From contig JAKMFI010000069.1 in the NCBI GenBank assembly GCA_022425505.1, forward strand, positions 1 through 45,891: a stretch of DNA of 45,891 nt, in the 5' to 3' direction. Positions 1 through 8,823 of this stretch are shown piece after piece. How positions within the stretch are numbered: position 1 is the first letter of the stretch; every line of letters begins with the position of its first letter. A program made the position numbers and the translations under genes. The DNA comes from Flavobacteriaceae bacterium. GTDB lineage: Bacteria; Bacteroidota; Bacteroidia; Flavobacteriales; Flavobacteriaceae. The notes under the pieces were generated by a model. The model worked only from the letters and a program-made list of their open reading frames with translations. It made no database searches and was not told the DNA's origin.

Positions 1-1290
1 CCCAAAAATGAGTCTTATACCTTCCTTTTTCATTTCTTCCGCATAGCTGATGTTGGCTTCTTCATCAAAACGGGCTTGTAATTCAATTTGAACGGTTACG
101 CGTTTGCCATTTCGAGCGGCTTGAATCAGTGAGCTGGCCACGTTAGACAGTTTGGAAAGACGGTAAATGGTAATGGAAATGCTTTTGACATTGGGGTCAA
201 TGGCTGCCTCACGAAGGAATTTAACCAAATAGGCAAACGAATGATAGGGCGTAAACATCAAGCGATCTTTGGTCGCGATTTGGGAGAATATACTTTTATG
301 CAAATCAAAATCAACGATCGGCAGTGGGTCTTGTGGTGGGTACTTTAAATCCGATCTGCCCAAATCGGGAAACTTGATATAGTCTCTGCGGTTGTGATAT
401 CGTCCACCAGCGATGACACTATCTCGACTATCGATGTCAAGACGATCGAGCAACAGCGATAAGGTATCCTCTGCAATATCTTGATCATACACAAAGCGAA
501 CTGCTTCGCCTAGCGAACGGTCCTTAACGCTTTCTGCTACTTTTTCGACATAACTTTTGGATAAGTCATCGTCGATATCGAGTTCGGCATCACGACTAAA
601 TTTGACCATATGCGCTTCGATTGTTTTATTTTGAAACACATCAAATATTGTTGATAACTGGGTGCGTATTAGATCATCGAGCAACATCACATGGGTTTTT
701 CCTTCTGCTGATGGCAAAACGACAAATCGCTTAAGCGAGGATGGGATTTCAATCAATGCAAATTGTGTGGGATCGAGAAAGGGGTGTTTTTCAGCATCCA
801 GCTCCATTCGCACAGCCAAAAACGCATTGACGTCCTTAATTCTTGAAATCGATTCAATATTGTTCAACATCAAGGTGACCAGTGAAGGTTCGACTTCTTG
901 CGAAAAATAGGTGTTGATAAATGTGCGTTGCTCTTCATTGATTTCATCTTCTTTGGCGATAAAAATATTTTCTTGCTCTAGAGCGGCGTGCAAGCCGTTT
1001 AAGGTTTCTAAACTTTCCTTTTGCAGGGCGATGGTTTTGTTTGTGATTTCTTTGAGTAGGACTTCTGCGGGGCGGTCTCCAAACACTCTGTTTTTGGCTT
1101 CCTCTAGCCGAGCAATTCGCTTGACTGTTGCATAACGCACTTTGTAAAACTCATCCAGATTATTCGAAAAAATGCCAATAAAGCGCAAGCGCTCAATCAG
1201 TGGAACATTCTCATCTTGCGCTTCTTGCAATACACGCGCATTAAAGTCCAACCAACTAATTTCCCTATTGACGAAACGATTTTGTGACAT
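1..1290 (-). CDS. ppk1: Polyphosphate kinase 1 (N-terminal ~430 codons; C-terminus lies outside the window)
   Basis: Absent from the ORF track because it runs off the window edge. The reverse complement from the ATG at 1290-1288 reads MSQNRFVNREISWLDFNARVLQEAQDENVPLIERLRFIGIFSNNLDEFYKVRYA..., a typical PPK1 N-terminus. I checked the first 360 nt of this frame and found no stops. Length 1290 nt is exactly 430 codons. Confidence 0.9.
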   Translation of the reverse strand, partial: MSQNRFVNREISWLDFNARVLQEAQDENVPLIERLRFIGIFSNNLDEFYKVRYATVKRIARLEEAKNRVFGDRPAEVLLKEITNKTIALQKESLETLNGLHAALEQENIFIAKEDEINEEQRTFINTYFSQEVEPSLVTLMLNNIESISRIKDVNAFLAVRMELDAEKHPFLDPTQFALIEIPSSLKRFVVLPSAEGKTHVMLLDDLIRTQLSTIFDVFQNKTIEAHMVKFSRDAELDIDDDLSKSYVEKVAESVKDRSLGEAVRFVYDQDIAEDTLSLLLDRLDIDSRDSVIAGGRYHNRRDYIKFPDLGRSDLKYPPQDPLPIVDFDLHKSIFSQIATKDRLMFTPYHSFAYLVKFLREAAIDPNVKSISITIYRLSKLSNVASSLIQAARNGKRVTVQIELQARFDEEANISYAEEMKKEGIRLIFG

Positions 1291-1773
1291 TTAACGTAGT
1301 GTTTTTGGACCAATAGAAGTGCAGTCACACTGCCGGATATCCGACCATAAAGATACGTCAAAATGAAAAATCACAGCTGTTGCTGTCGGGATATTTGCGT
1401 TTGTGTAATTTCCTATGGATTGTGCAATGTGGATGCAGGCATTGTTATGCCCAAAAGTCATGATGATATCGAGATCATCGGGAAGAGAGCGAACAAACCC
1501 TAGGATCTGTTCCCCCATAAAACCATAGAGATCCTCTTCAATTTGAATATTTTCTGTCGATAGCCCCAGTTCAGAAACCATGAGCAATGCGGTGTCAAAT
1601 GCGCGTTTTGCGGGGCTGCTATACACCTGATCGATATGCAAATTGTGTTTGTTGAGTTCTTGACCGACCAAAATCGCATCTTTGACCCCTCGATCAGCAA
1701 GCGGACGTTCACGGTCTGGCAGGTTGAACTCCCAAGACGATTTGGCATGACGAACCATCACCCAAGTTTTCAT
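1291..1773 (-). CDS. Histidine phosphatase superfamily protein, SixA-like phosphohistidine phosphatase
   Basis: ORF 1291..1797. Contains WVMVRHAKS (RH catalytic motif), RPLADRG, SSPAKRAFDT and FGHNN, laid out as in SixA. I chose the ATG at 1773-1771 (MKTWVMVRH), which forms an ATGA overlap with the pdxH stop. Its stop (1293-1291) directly abuts the ppk1 ATG. Confidence 0.75.
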   Translation of the reverse strand: MKTWVMVRHAKSSWEFNLPDRERPLADRGVKDAILVGQELNKHNLHIDQVYSSPAKRAFDTALLMVSELGLSTENIQIEEDLYGFMGEQILGFVRSLPDDLDIIMTFGHNNACIHIAQSIGNYTNANIPTATAVIFHFDVSLWSDIRQCDCTSIGPKTLR

Positions 1774-2408
1774 GGGGAGAGGCGTGTGATTGTCCAAGCA
1801 GATGATTCCCTTTTGTACGCCAAACGGTCATGAAGTCGGTTTGCACGTCCTTGCCAAAATTCTATAGAAGAGGGCGTCACAACATAACCACCCCAATGTG
1901 TCGGTCTGGGAATCGGATGACCTTGATATTGGGTTTGTAGGGCTGCTACCTTGCTTTCAAGCGCAGTTCGGTCTTCAATTTTTGTGCTTTGATCAGAGAC
2001 ATGAGCACCAAGTTGACTGCCACGTGGCCGAGAATTAAAATATTGATCAGAGTCTTTGGCCGATAGCTTTGTGGCGATTCCTTGAATAATTACCTGGCGT
2101 TCCATACTCTGCCAAAAAAATGACAAGCAAACTCGGTTATCATGTGCGATCGATTGCCCTTTGGTGCTGTTGTAGTTGGTATAGAACACAAAGCCGTCAT
2201 CACGTACTTCTTTTAAAAGTACAACGCGAGATGCAATTCCGCCCTCAGATAGATGCGTGCACAGCGTCATGGCATTGGTCTCTTGCTCCTTCCCATAAGA
2301 TTGAACCTCAGCAAACCAGTGACCAAACAATTCGAATGGATTGGATGGAGCTTCAGACTCCAGCAACTGGCCTTTGGTGTATTGTTTTCGAAAATCAGAG
2401 AGATCCAT
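1770..2408 (-). CDS. pdxH: Pyridoxamine 5'-phosphate oxidase
   Basis: 212 aa. NPFELFGHWF near the N-terminus and a C-terminal IEFWQGRANRLHDRLAY...RLSP, the hallmark PdxH C-terminus. Confidence 0.9.
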   Translation of the reverse strand: MDLSDFRKQYTKGQLLESEAPSNPFELFGHWFAEVQSYGKEQETNAMTLCTHLSEGGIASRVVLLKEVRDDGFVFYTNYNSTKGQSIAHDNRVCLSFFWQSMERQVIIQGIATKLSAKDSDQYFNSRPRGSQLGAHVSDQSTKIEDRTALESKVAALQTQYQGHPIPRPTHWGGYVVTPSSIEFWQGRANRLHDRLAYKRESSAWTITRLSP

Positions 2409-2441
2409 CGTGGTGAATTTTGCTGTGAAAGTACAAAATCA

Positions 2442-3347
2442 TTAAAACTCTAGGGTGTAACCATCGAATGCGAGTTCAACACTCTCAAAAATTTCACCAG
2501 CTTCGGACTGAAATAATGTCAAATCCTTATAACGTGACGAATAATGCCCCAATATCAAACGGCTGACATTGGCATCCTTGGCAATTTGCGCAGCTTGTTT
2601 GGCAGTAGAATGATTGGTCTTTTTGGCCAACTCCTGATTATCATCCAAAAAAGTTGCTTCGTGATACAAGACATCAACACCTTGTATTTGTTGAGTCATT
2701 TCAGGATGATATGCCGTATCGCTGCAAAACGCATATGCTTTCGAAGGGTGTGGATCGTATGTCACCTGCGCATTCGAAATGGTTTCTCCATCTACATTGA
2801 CCACATCTTTACCTTGTTTTAGATTCCGCATTTGACTTTGATCGATTCGATATTTCTCTACTGCCTCAGGTTTGATTTTGCGTTCTGTTGGTGTTTCTCG
2901 AAACAAAAAACCATTGGTATATACGCGATGTTTCAATGGAATGGTGTGGACTTCCATTTCGTCCTCGGAAAACAAACAAACGGGTTCTTTTTCGCTCAGC
3001 TCATGGAAATGCAAGGGGTAATTTGTCCATGAATCTGCCAACTTAAGAAGTAGGGTTACCGCTTCTCGGATTCCGACTGGCCCATAGATATGCAAGGGTG
3101 CTTCCCGACCCAAAAGTCGAAAGGTTGATATCAATCCAGGTAGTCCATAAAAGTGGTCACCATGGAGGTGGGAAATAAAAATATGTTTGATGTGTACAAA
3201 TTTGACCTTTGCTTTACGCAATAATACTTGGGTTCCTTCCCCACAATCAATCAGAAAATGATGCTTTTTGGTTGACAACAATTGTGCAGTCGGTGCTTTA
3301 TCGACATGTGGGGTAGCAGAGTGACACCCAAGGATTGTGAGCTTCAT
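2442..3347 (-). CDS. rnz: Ribonuclease Z (short form)
   Basis: 301 aa metallo-beta-lactamase fold with ISHLHGDHFYGLPGLISTF (HxHxDH), plus length and layout typical of RNase Z. Confidence 0.9.
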   Translation of the reverse strand: MKLTILGCHSATPHVDKAPTAQLLSTKKHHFLIDCGEGTQVLLRKAKVKFVHIKHIFISHLHGDHFYGLPGLISTFRLLGREAPLHIYGPVGIREAVTLLLKLADSWTNYPLHFHELSEKEPVCLFSEDEMEVHTIPLKHRVYTNGFLFRETPTERKIKPEAVEKYRIDQSQMRNLKQGKDVVNVDGETISNAQVTYDPHPSKAYAFCSDTAYHPEMTQQIQGVDVLYHEATFLDDNQELAKKTNHSTAKQAAQIAKDANVSRLILGHYSSRYKDLTLFQSEAGEIFESVELAFDGYTLEF

Positions 3348-3688
3348 CAGATCCCTAAATCACGTTCAATCTCCTCGATTTCAATTGTATCAAGGGCTTC
3401 ATGCAAGGTCGGAACAATGTTCAGACCATCTGGCAAGAGTTTTAAAGCAATCGGTCCAGTTACAATAACAAAGGACTTGTTGCTCAACTCTTTATGACGA
3501 CTTGCCAGTTCGATAAAATCCTTAATGTGTTTGGACAAAACGGATTTCATCGGGCTTAAATCCACAACGATATTCAGAGAAGAAAAAGATTTGTAATTGC
3601 GCTTAATCTCATCACGAAATGGACGTCCAATTACATCTGAGCCTTCATAGGTAATAATGGCGGTCTTATCGTTGACGTCAAATATCAT
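3347..3688 (-). CDS. Uncharacterised 113-aa protein with a STAS/SpoIIAA-like sequence pattern
   Basis: Clean ORF whose ATG overlaps the pyrB stop (ATGA at 3685-3688) and whose stop overlaps the rnz ATG by 1 nt (TGATG at 3347). The pattern beta-start (TAIITYEG) ... LNIVVDLSPMKSV ... SFVIVTGP ... LNIVPTLHEALD resembles anti-sigma-antagonist/STAS domains. No Cys residues. Confidence 0.55.
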   Translation of the reverse strand: MIFDVNDKTAIITYEGSDVIGRPFRDEIKRNYKSFSSLNIVVDLSPMKSVLSKHIKDFIELASRHKELSNKSFVIVTGPIALKLLPDGLNIVPTLHEALDTIEIEEIERDLGI

Positions 3689-4614
3689 TGTTCAATTGTA
3701 CTTGCCAAAAGATAGAGAATTGCCATGCGAACAGCAACTCCATTTTCAACTTGATCGAGAATAATTGCATGTTCGGAATCCGCTAGGTCTGAGGAAATTT
3801 CAACCCCCCGATTGATCGGACCCGGGTGCATGATTAAGAGGTCATTATCAAGCTGTTCCACAAGCTGTTTGGTAATGCCGTATTGCATGGCGTACTCGCG
3901 ATTTGAAGGAAAAAAACTAGTTCTCATCCGTTCGAATTGCACACGCAGTACGTTCGCAATATCTGCCCATTGTAATGCCTTTTGAAGGTTGGTTTCGACA
4001 GTTACTCCCAAAGATTCTATATGCTTGGGAATCAGTGTGAGTGGGCCACAAACCATCACCTCTGCACCGAGTTTTTTCAGAGCGAAAATATTTGACAATG
4101 CAACTCGAGAATGTAGAATATCTCCAACAATAACCACCTTTTTCCCAGCGATATCCCCCAGCTTTTCCCGGATGGAGAAACAGTCTAAAAGAGCTTGTGT
4201 TGGGTGTTCGTGTGCGCCGTCACCAGCATTGACAATACTCGCATCTACGTGTTTGGACAAAAACATAGCAGCACCAGGGTTTGGGTGACGCATCACAACC
4301 ATATCGACCTTCATGGATAGAATATTGTTGACCGTGTCAATGAGAGACTCCCCTTTTTTGACGGATGAGTTAGAAGCAGAGAAATTAATAATGTCTGCTG
4401 AGAGTCGTTTTTGGGCTAGTTCAAAGGACAATTTGGTTCGTGTGCTATTTTCAAAAAACAAATTGGCGATGGTAACGTCACGAAGTGATGGTACTTTTTT
4501 AATCGGACGATTGATGACTTCTTTAAAGTGGGAGGCTGTTTCAAAAATGAGCTCAATATCGGAAGTGGTTAGATATTTGATCCCCAATAAGTGTGAAACG
4601 CTCAGTTTACTCAT
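3685..4614 (-). CDS. pyrB: Aspartate carbamoyltransferase catalytic subunit
   Basis: 309 aa. FFENSTRTKLSFE (STRT carbamoyl-phosphate site), HEHPTQALLD and the HPGP motif. Confidence 0.93.
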   Translation of the reverse strand: MSKLSVSHLLGIKYLTTSDIELIFETASHFKEVINRPIKKVPSLRDVTIANLFFENSTRTKLSFELAQKRLSADIINFSASNSSVKKGESLIDTVNNILSMKVDMVVMRHPNPGAAMFLSKHVDASIVNAGDGAHEHPTQALLDCFSIREKLGDIAGKKVVIVGDILHSRVALSNIFALKKLGAEVMVCGPLTLIPKHIESLGVTVETNLQKALQWADIANVLRVQFERMRTSFFPSNREYAMQYGITKQLVEQLDNDLLIMHPGPINRGVEISSDLADSEHAIILDQVENGVAVRMAILYLLASTIEQ

Positions 4615-5155
4615 TTGATTTATTTATGATGTAGACAGCGTCCTCTCCGTGTTCTTCTTCCCAATGCACCAATACCTTTTCGTCAGCAATTGCATCAACC
4701 TGTCGGCCCAAATAGTCGGGCTGTATCGGTAAATGCCGAGAAAACCGACGGTCAATCATCGTGAGCAGCTCAATCTCTTCAGGACGACCGTATGAATCGA
4801 TGGCGGTCAGGGCAGCGCGAACACTGCGACCTGTGTAGAGCACATCGTCGATGAGGACTACTTTTTTGTTTTCAACAGAAACATCCATCAAGTTTTTGTT
4901 TGCAGACAACACCTTCTCTGTTCGTCTAAAGTCATCTCTGAAAAAAGTGATGTCGAGAAAGCCATTTGCAATATCATGTAGATGGTCCTCTTGCTCTAGA
5001 ATCGAGAGGAGACGTTTTGCCAAAATCGTACCTCGAGGTTGAACCCCGATAAGGACAGAATTGGAAAAATCTTGATGGGTTTCGCGTAACTGACAAGCTA
5101 GGCGATTGAGGATGATTTGAATTTCTTTTGTATCGAGGAGAAGTCGATTACTCAT
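4607..5155 (-). CDS. pyrR: Bifunctional pyrimidine regulatory protein / uracil phosphoribosyltransferase PyrR
   Basis: 182 aa. PRPP-binding loop VVLIDDVLYTGRSVRAAL, with PyrR-typical length and N-terminus. Overlaps the pyrB start by 8 nt. Confidence 0.9.
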   Translation of the reverse strand: MSNRLLLDTKEIQIILNRLACQLRETHQDFSNSVLIGVQPRGTILAKRLLSILEQEDHLHDIANGFLDITFFRDDFRRTEKVLSANKNLMDVSVENKKVVLIDDVLYTGRSVRAALTAIDSYGRPEEIELLTMIDRRFSRHLPIQPDYLGRQVDAIADEKVLVHWEEEHGEDAVYIINKSNE

Positions 5156-5170
5156 CCAGTGTTATTTGAG

Positions 5171-5178
5171 CAAAATTA
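5171..5178 (-). promoter_or_regulatory. Candidate Bacteroidota -7 promoter box (TAATTTTG) for the pyrR-pyrB-ORF-rnz operon
   Basis: The minus strand reads TAATTTTG, matching TAnnTTTG, and ends 15 nt upstream of the pyrR ATG. No clear -33 TTTG at canonical spacing. Confidence 0.3.
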
Positions 5179-5330
5179 GGAAATTAAAATGAATTAAATC
5201 GATTTTGAACAGGGAATACAAATTGGTGTGTAACCATTTTTATCTTAGAAGGTTAAATCATTGATCTAAGCCCTTTCCAATATCCTTTAAAAAATTAATT
5301 ATAAATTTAAGGGTTAAAAAAACAAATCTT

Positions 5331-6299
5331 ATGGTTAGACCTGCTCTATTTATTTTACTAGTAAATACAGTTATTTCTTGTAATAACCCCAAATCCCAGC
5401 CAAAAGCAATGGTTATTGTACATGGCGGTGCTGGATATATCACAACCGATTTAATGATCCCTGGCGAAGAAGAGGGGGTTCGGGATGCAATCGAAAAATC
5501 ACTCCAAAAAAGCCAACAGCATTTGGCGAATGGAGGCACCAGCGTTGAAGCGGTGCGAATTGCAATCAATATCTTGGAAGACTCCCACTATTTTAATGCA
5601 GGAAAAGGGTCTGTGTTTACTTCTTCTGGAACCAATGAATTGGACGCCTCGATCATGAATGGACAAAATGGGCAAGCCGGAGCAGTCGCTGGACTTACAA
5701 ATATCAAAAATCCGATCGACGCTGCGATTGCTGTTATGGAGCGTTCTCCCCATGTATTTCTGATTGGAAAAGGAGCCGAGGAATTTGCAGTGACCCATGG
5801 CATGGATACTGTACCGCAAAGTTATTTCTATAACAAACATCGATACCAAGAACATATTGAGGGATTGAGCGAAGACAGGTCAAAGTTTGGTACTGTTGGT
5901 GCTGTAGCGGTTGACCACAATGGGAATATAGCTGCTGGAACTTCCACTGGCGGAATGAATAATAAGCGTTTTGGACGTGTGGGCGATGTTCCAGTGATCG
6001 GAGCAGGAACCTATGCGGAAAACGGCATTGGGGGCTTGTCTGCAACTGGTCATGGGGAGTATTTTATACGGAATGTTGCCACCTATGATATTGCTGCACA
6101 GGTCAAATACGGCAATGAAACCCTAGACGAAGCGGGTTACAACACATTGATGAAGAAACTGAAAAGTCAAGGTGGTAACGGAGGTGTCATTGGGCTTGAT
6201 AGCCAAGGCGGTGTGGTCATCCATTTTAATACGGTAGCCATGCCTCGTGGCTATATTAACAGCAAAGGGGAAACCGTTGTATTAATTGACGTGGACTAA
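5331..6299 (+). CDS. Isoaspartyl peptidase / L-asparaginase (Ntn hydrolase), probable lipoprotein
   Basis: 322 aa. VHGGAG near the N-terminus and the autoprocessing nucleophile motif GTVGAVAVD. The N-terminus LLVNTVISC looks like a lipoprotein signal. Confidence 0.85.
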   Translation: MVRPALFILLVNTVISCNNPKSQPKAMVIVHGGAGYITTDLMIPGEEEGVRDAIEKSLQKSQQHLANGGTSVEAVRIAINILEDSHYFNAGKGSVFTSSGTNELDASIMNGQNGQAGAVAGLTNIKNPIDAAIAVMERSPHVFLIGKGAEEFAVTHGMDTVPQSYFYNKHRYQEHIEGLSEDRSKFGTVGAVAVDHNGNIAAGTSTGGMNNKRFGRVGDVPVIGAGTYAENGIGGLSATGHGEYFIRNVATYDIAAQVKYGNETLDEAGYNTLMKKLKSQGGNGGVIGLDSQGGVVIHFNTVAMPRGYINSKGETVVLIDVD

Positions 6300-6302
6300 C
6301 CA

Positions 6303-7565
6303 CTACACACCTACTTCCTCAATAAATTTTGAAGACAGGCGCTTATACAAGCCGTCGTTGAGTCGTTCTCGAATGGTTGAAAATGCCTCGAGCGTTTCAT
6401 CGATATCTTCCATCGTATGTGAAGCAGTCGGGATCAATCGCAATAAAATCAATCCTTTAGGAATCACTGGGTAAACAACGATTGAGCAGAAAATTCCAAA
6501 GTTTTCTCTCAAATCTTTGACCAAAACCATGGCTTCAGGTACACTTCCTTTTAGGTAAACTGGGGTAACGCAACTTTGCGTAGATCCCAAATCAAAACCA
6601 CGCTCACGAAGACCCGCTTGTAGTGCATCTACATTTTTCCAAAGGTTTGCTTTAAGTTCAGGCATAGAACGCAGCATATCCAATCGCTTTAAAGCACCTT
6701 TGACAAGCACCATTTGGAGTGATTTTGCAAACATCTGTGAACGCATATTGTATTTGAGGTAATCAATAATGTCCTTATCTGCTGCGATAAATGCCCCTGT
6801 ACTTGCCATTGACTTGGCAAATGTGGCAAAATAAACATCAATATCGTCTTGGATACTTTGTTCCTCTCCTGCGCCAGCACCAGTAGCTCCAAGCGTACCA
6901 AACCCATGTGCATCATCGACAAGCAAGCGAAAATTAAATTTTTCTTTTAAGGCAACGATTTCACGCAAACGACCTTGCTCTCCACGCATTCCAAAAACCC
7001 CCTCAGAAATGACAAGAATACCACCGCCAGTTTCTGCAACGACTTTGGTCGCACGAATCAAGTTTTTCTCTAAGCTTTCAATGTTATTGTGCTGAAAAGT
7101 AAATCGCTTTCCCAAGTGAAGTCTCACTCCATCTACAATGCAAGCATGCGCATCGACATCATAGACAATGACATCATTTTTGGATACAAGGGAATCGATT
7201 GTTGAAAGTATGCCCTGATACCCAAAGTTGAGAAGATATGCAGCTTCTTTATTGACAAAAGCGGCTAATTCTTCTTGTAACTGCTCGTGTGCACTGGTAT
7301 GTCCTGACATGAGTCGAGCACCCATGGGATACGCAGATCCATAATCTTCTGCTGCCTCGGCATCAACTTTCCTGACCTCAGAATGGTTGGCCAATCCGAG
7401 ATAGTCGTTAACACTCCAAGTAATGACTTCTTTGCCTTGAAAATACATGCGATTTCCGATAGGCCCTTCTAGTTTAGGGAACGCAAAATACCCCTCTGCG
7501 AGAGAAGCCCACTTCCCAAGGGGACCTCTGTTTGTGCGCATCCTCTCAAAAATATCATTCTTCAT
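6303..7565 (-). CDS. Alpha-oxoamine synthase family PLP enzyme (AONS/Kbl/SPT family); candidate cysteate-fatty acyl transferase (CapB/SulA-like)
   Basis: 420 aa. WSVNDYLGLANH, DDAHGFG and TFAKSMAS (PLP lysine) are classic for the family. The specific function is inferred from the adjacent CBS-like gene. Confidence 0.8.
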   Translation of the reverse strand: MKNDIFERMRTNRGPLGKWASLAEGYFAFPKLEGPIGNRMYFQGKEVITWSVNDYLGLANHSEVRKVDAEAAEDYGSAYPMGARLMSGHTSAHEQLQEELAAFVNKEAAYLLNFGYQGILSTIDSLVSKNDVIVYDVDAHACIVDGVRLHLGKRFTFQHNNIESLEKNLIRATKVVAETGGGILVISEGVFGMRGEQGRLREIVALKEKFNFRLLVDDAHGFGTLGATGAGAGEEQSIQDDIDVYFATFAKSMASTGAFIAADKDIIDYLKYNMRSQMFAKSLQMVLVKGALKRLDMLRSMPELKANLWKNVDALQAGLRERGFDLGSTQSCVTPVYLKGSVPEAMVLVKDLRENFGIFCSIVVYPVIPKGLILLRLIPTASHTMEDIDETLEAFSTIRERLNDGLYKRLSSKFIEEVGV

Positions 7566-7597
7566 TGTTTTTTCTTTTTATTCAAATGGTAGTTAAA

Positions 7598-8644
7598 CTA
7601 TTTGATGTATTCAGTTGCCTTTTCATCTTGCAAGTGATTTGCATCGAAAAACCCTTGCTCTTTCATCCATTGATCACTGTAAATCTTACTCATATAACGA
7701 GATCCATGATCGCAAAAGATTACGACCACTACACTGTCTTTATCAAAAAATTGGTTTTGTTGATTTAACTGCCGAATGGCCTGAAGTGCCGCACCAGATG
7801 TGTATCCAACAAAAAGTCCTTCTTTCTTTGTAATTTCTCTAGCAGAATGAGCACTTTCCTCATCAGTTACCTTTTCAAAATGATCAATATACTCGAAATG
7901 GGTCGTCGAAGGAATCAGGTTTTTACCCAGCCCTTCAATTCGATAAGGGTATATTTCGTTTTCATCAAACTCAGAGGTTTCATGAAACTTCTTCAAAACC
8001 GATCCATAGGCGTCAACTCCAATGATTTTAATCTTCTCATTTTTGGACTTTAAATATCGCCCGATACCTGAAATCGTACCTCCTGTCCCACTTGCTGCAA
8101 CCAAATGAGTTACCTGACCTGAGGTTTGTTTCCATATTTCAGGGCCAGTTGTTAGGAAATGTGCTTCCGTATTTAATTCGTTAAAATACTGATTGATGTA
8201 AACAGAACCTTTTATCTCGTTGTGCAATCGTTTTGCAACTTGGTAATAGGAACGTGGATCATCAGCTTTTACATGACCAGGGCATACATAGACGGTAGCT
8301 CCCATGGCGCGAAGCATATCAATTTTATCGGGTGATGATTTTGAGGAAACTGCCAAAACACATTGATATCCCTTGATGATACTGGCCATGGCAATACTAA
8401 AACCTGTATTTCCTGAGGTCGTCTCAATAACGGTATCTCCAGTGTTGAGAATGCCTTTTCGCTCTGCTTCTTCAATGATATACAGTGCGATACGGTCCTT
8501 ATTGGAGTGGCCTGGATTGGTAAACTCAGCCTTCGCATAATAGCTGCCTTGAAAACCTTTTACAGTTTCATTTAGCTTGATAAGTGGGGTATTACCAACC
8601 AGATCCAGTACACTTTCATGTGCCTCAATTGTTTTTTTAGTCAT
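7598..8644 (-). CDS. Fold-type II PLP enzyme of the cysteine synthase/cystathionine beta-synthase family; candidate cysteate synthase (CapA-like)
   Basis: GNTPLIKLN, NPGHSNKDR (PLP lysine), TSGNTG and SGTGGTISG loops. No CBS regulatory pair. I chose the ATG at 8644 (MTKKTIE); the track start at 8653 is TTG. Confidence 0.8.
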   Translation of the reverse strand: MTKKTIEAHESVLDLVGNTPLIKLNETVKGFQGSYYAKAEFTNPGHSNKDRIALYIIEEAERKGILNTGDTVIETTSGNTGFSIAMASIIKGYQCVLAVSSKSSPDKIDMLRAMGATVYVCPGHVKADDPRSYYQVAKRLHNEIKGSVYINQYFNELNTEAHFLTTGPEIWKQTSGQVTHLVAASGTGGTISGIGRYLKSKNEKIKIIGVDAYGSVLKKFHETSEFDENEIYPYRIEGLGKNLIPSTTHFEYIDHFEKVTDEESAHSAREITKKEGLFVGYTSGAALQAIRQLNQQNQFFDKDSVVVVIFCDHGSRYMSKIYSDQWMKEQGFFDANHLQDEKATEYIK

Positions 8645-8676
8645 AAATAACAAGCCAATGGCTTATTGATTGGCCT

Positions 8677-8684
8677 CAAATTTA
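8677..8684 (-). promoter_or_regulatory. Candidate -7 promoter box (TAAATTTG) upstream of the CBS-like/AONS-like pair
   Basis: The minus strand reads TAAATTTG (TAnnTTTG), 32 nt upstream of the ATG at 8644. Confidence 0.3.
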
Positions 8685-8802
8685 CAGAAATTTAATGGTT
8701 TTAGGAAAAAACAGATTTGATAAAAACGATTGTTTAAAGAAGGTAAAACAAAATTTAAACAAACAGATGTGGAAGAGATGTTCGTTATGTATTGAGTTTG
8801 TT

Positions 8803-8810
8803 TATCTTTG
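8803..8810 (+). promoter_or_regulatory. Candidate -7 promoter box (TATCTTTG) upstream of prfB
   Basis: Matches TAnnTTTG and ends 13 nt upstream of the prfB ATG at 8824. Confidence 0.3.
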
Positions 8811-8823
8811 TAAAAAAAATTCA

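Noticed and set aside
662-1135. Two plus-strand ORFs (82 and 74 aa) in the track.
   Set aside because: They lie entirely antisense to the well-supported ppk1 frame, are Ser/Cys/Arg-rich with low complexity, and carry no motifs. They are typical shadow ORFs.
5156-5330. A PyrR-binding attenuator (UCCAGAGAGG-type loop) upstream of pyrR.
   Set aside because: I read both strands of the 175-nt region and found no such motif and no terminator/antiterminator pair.
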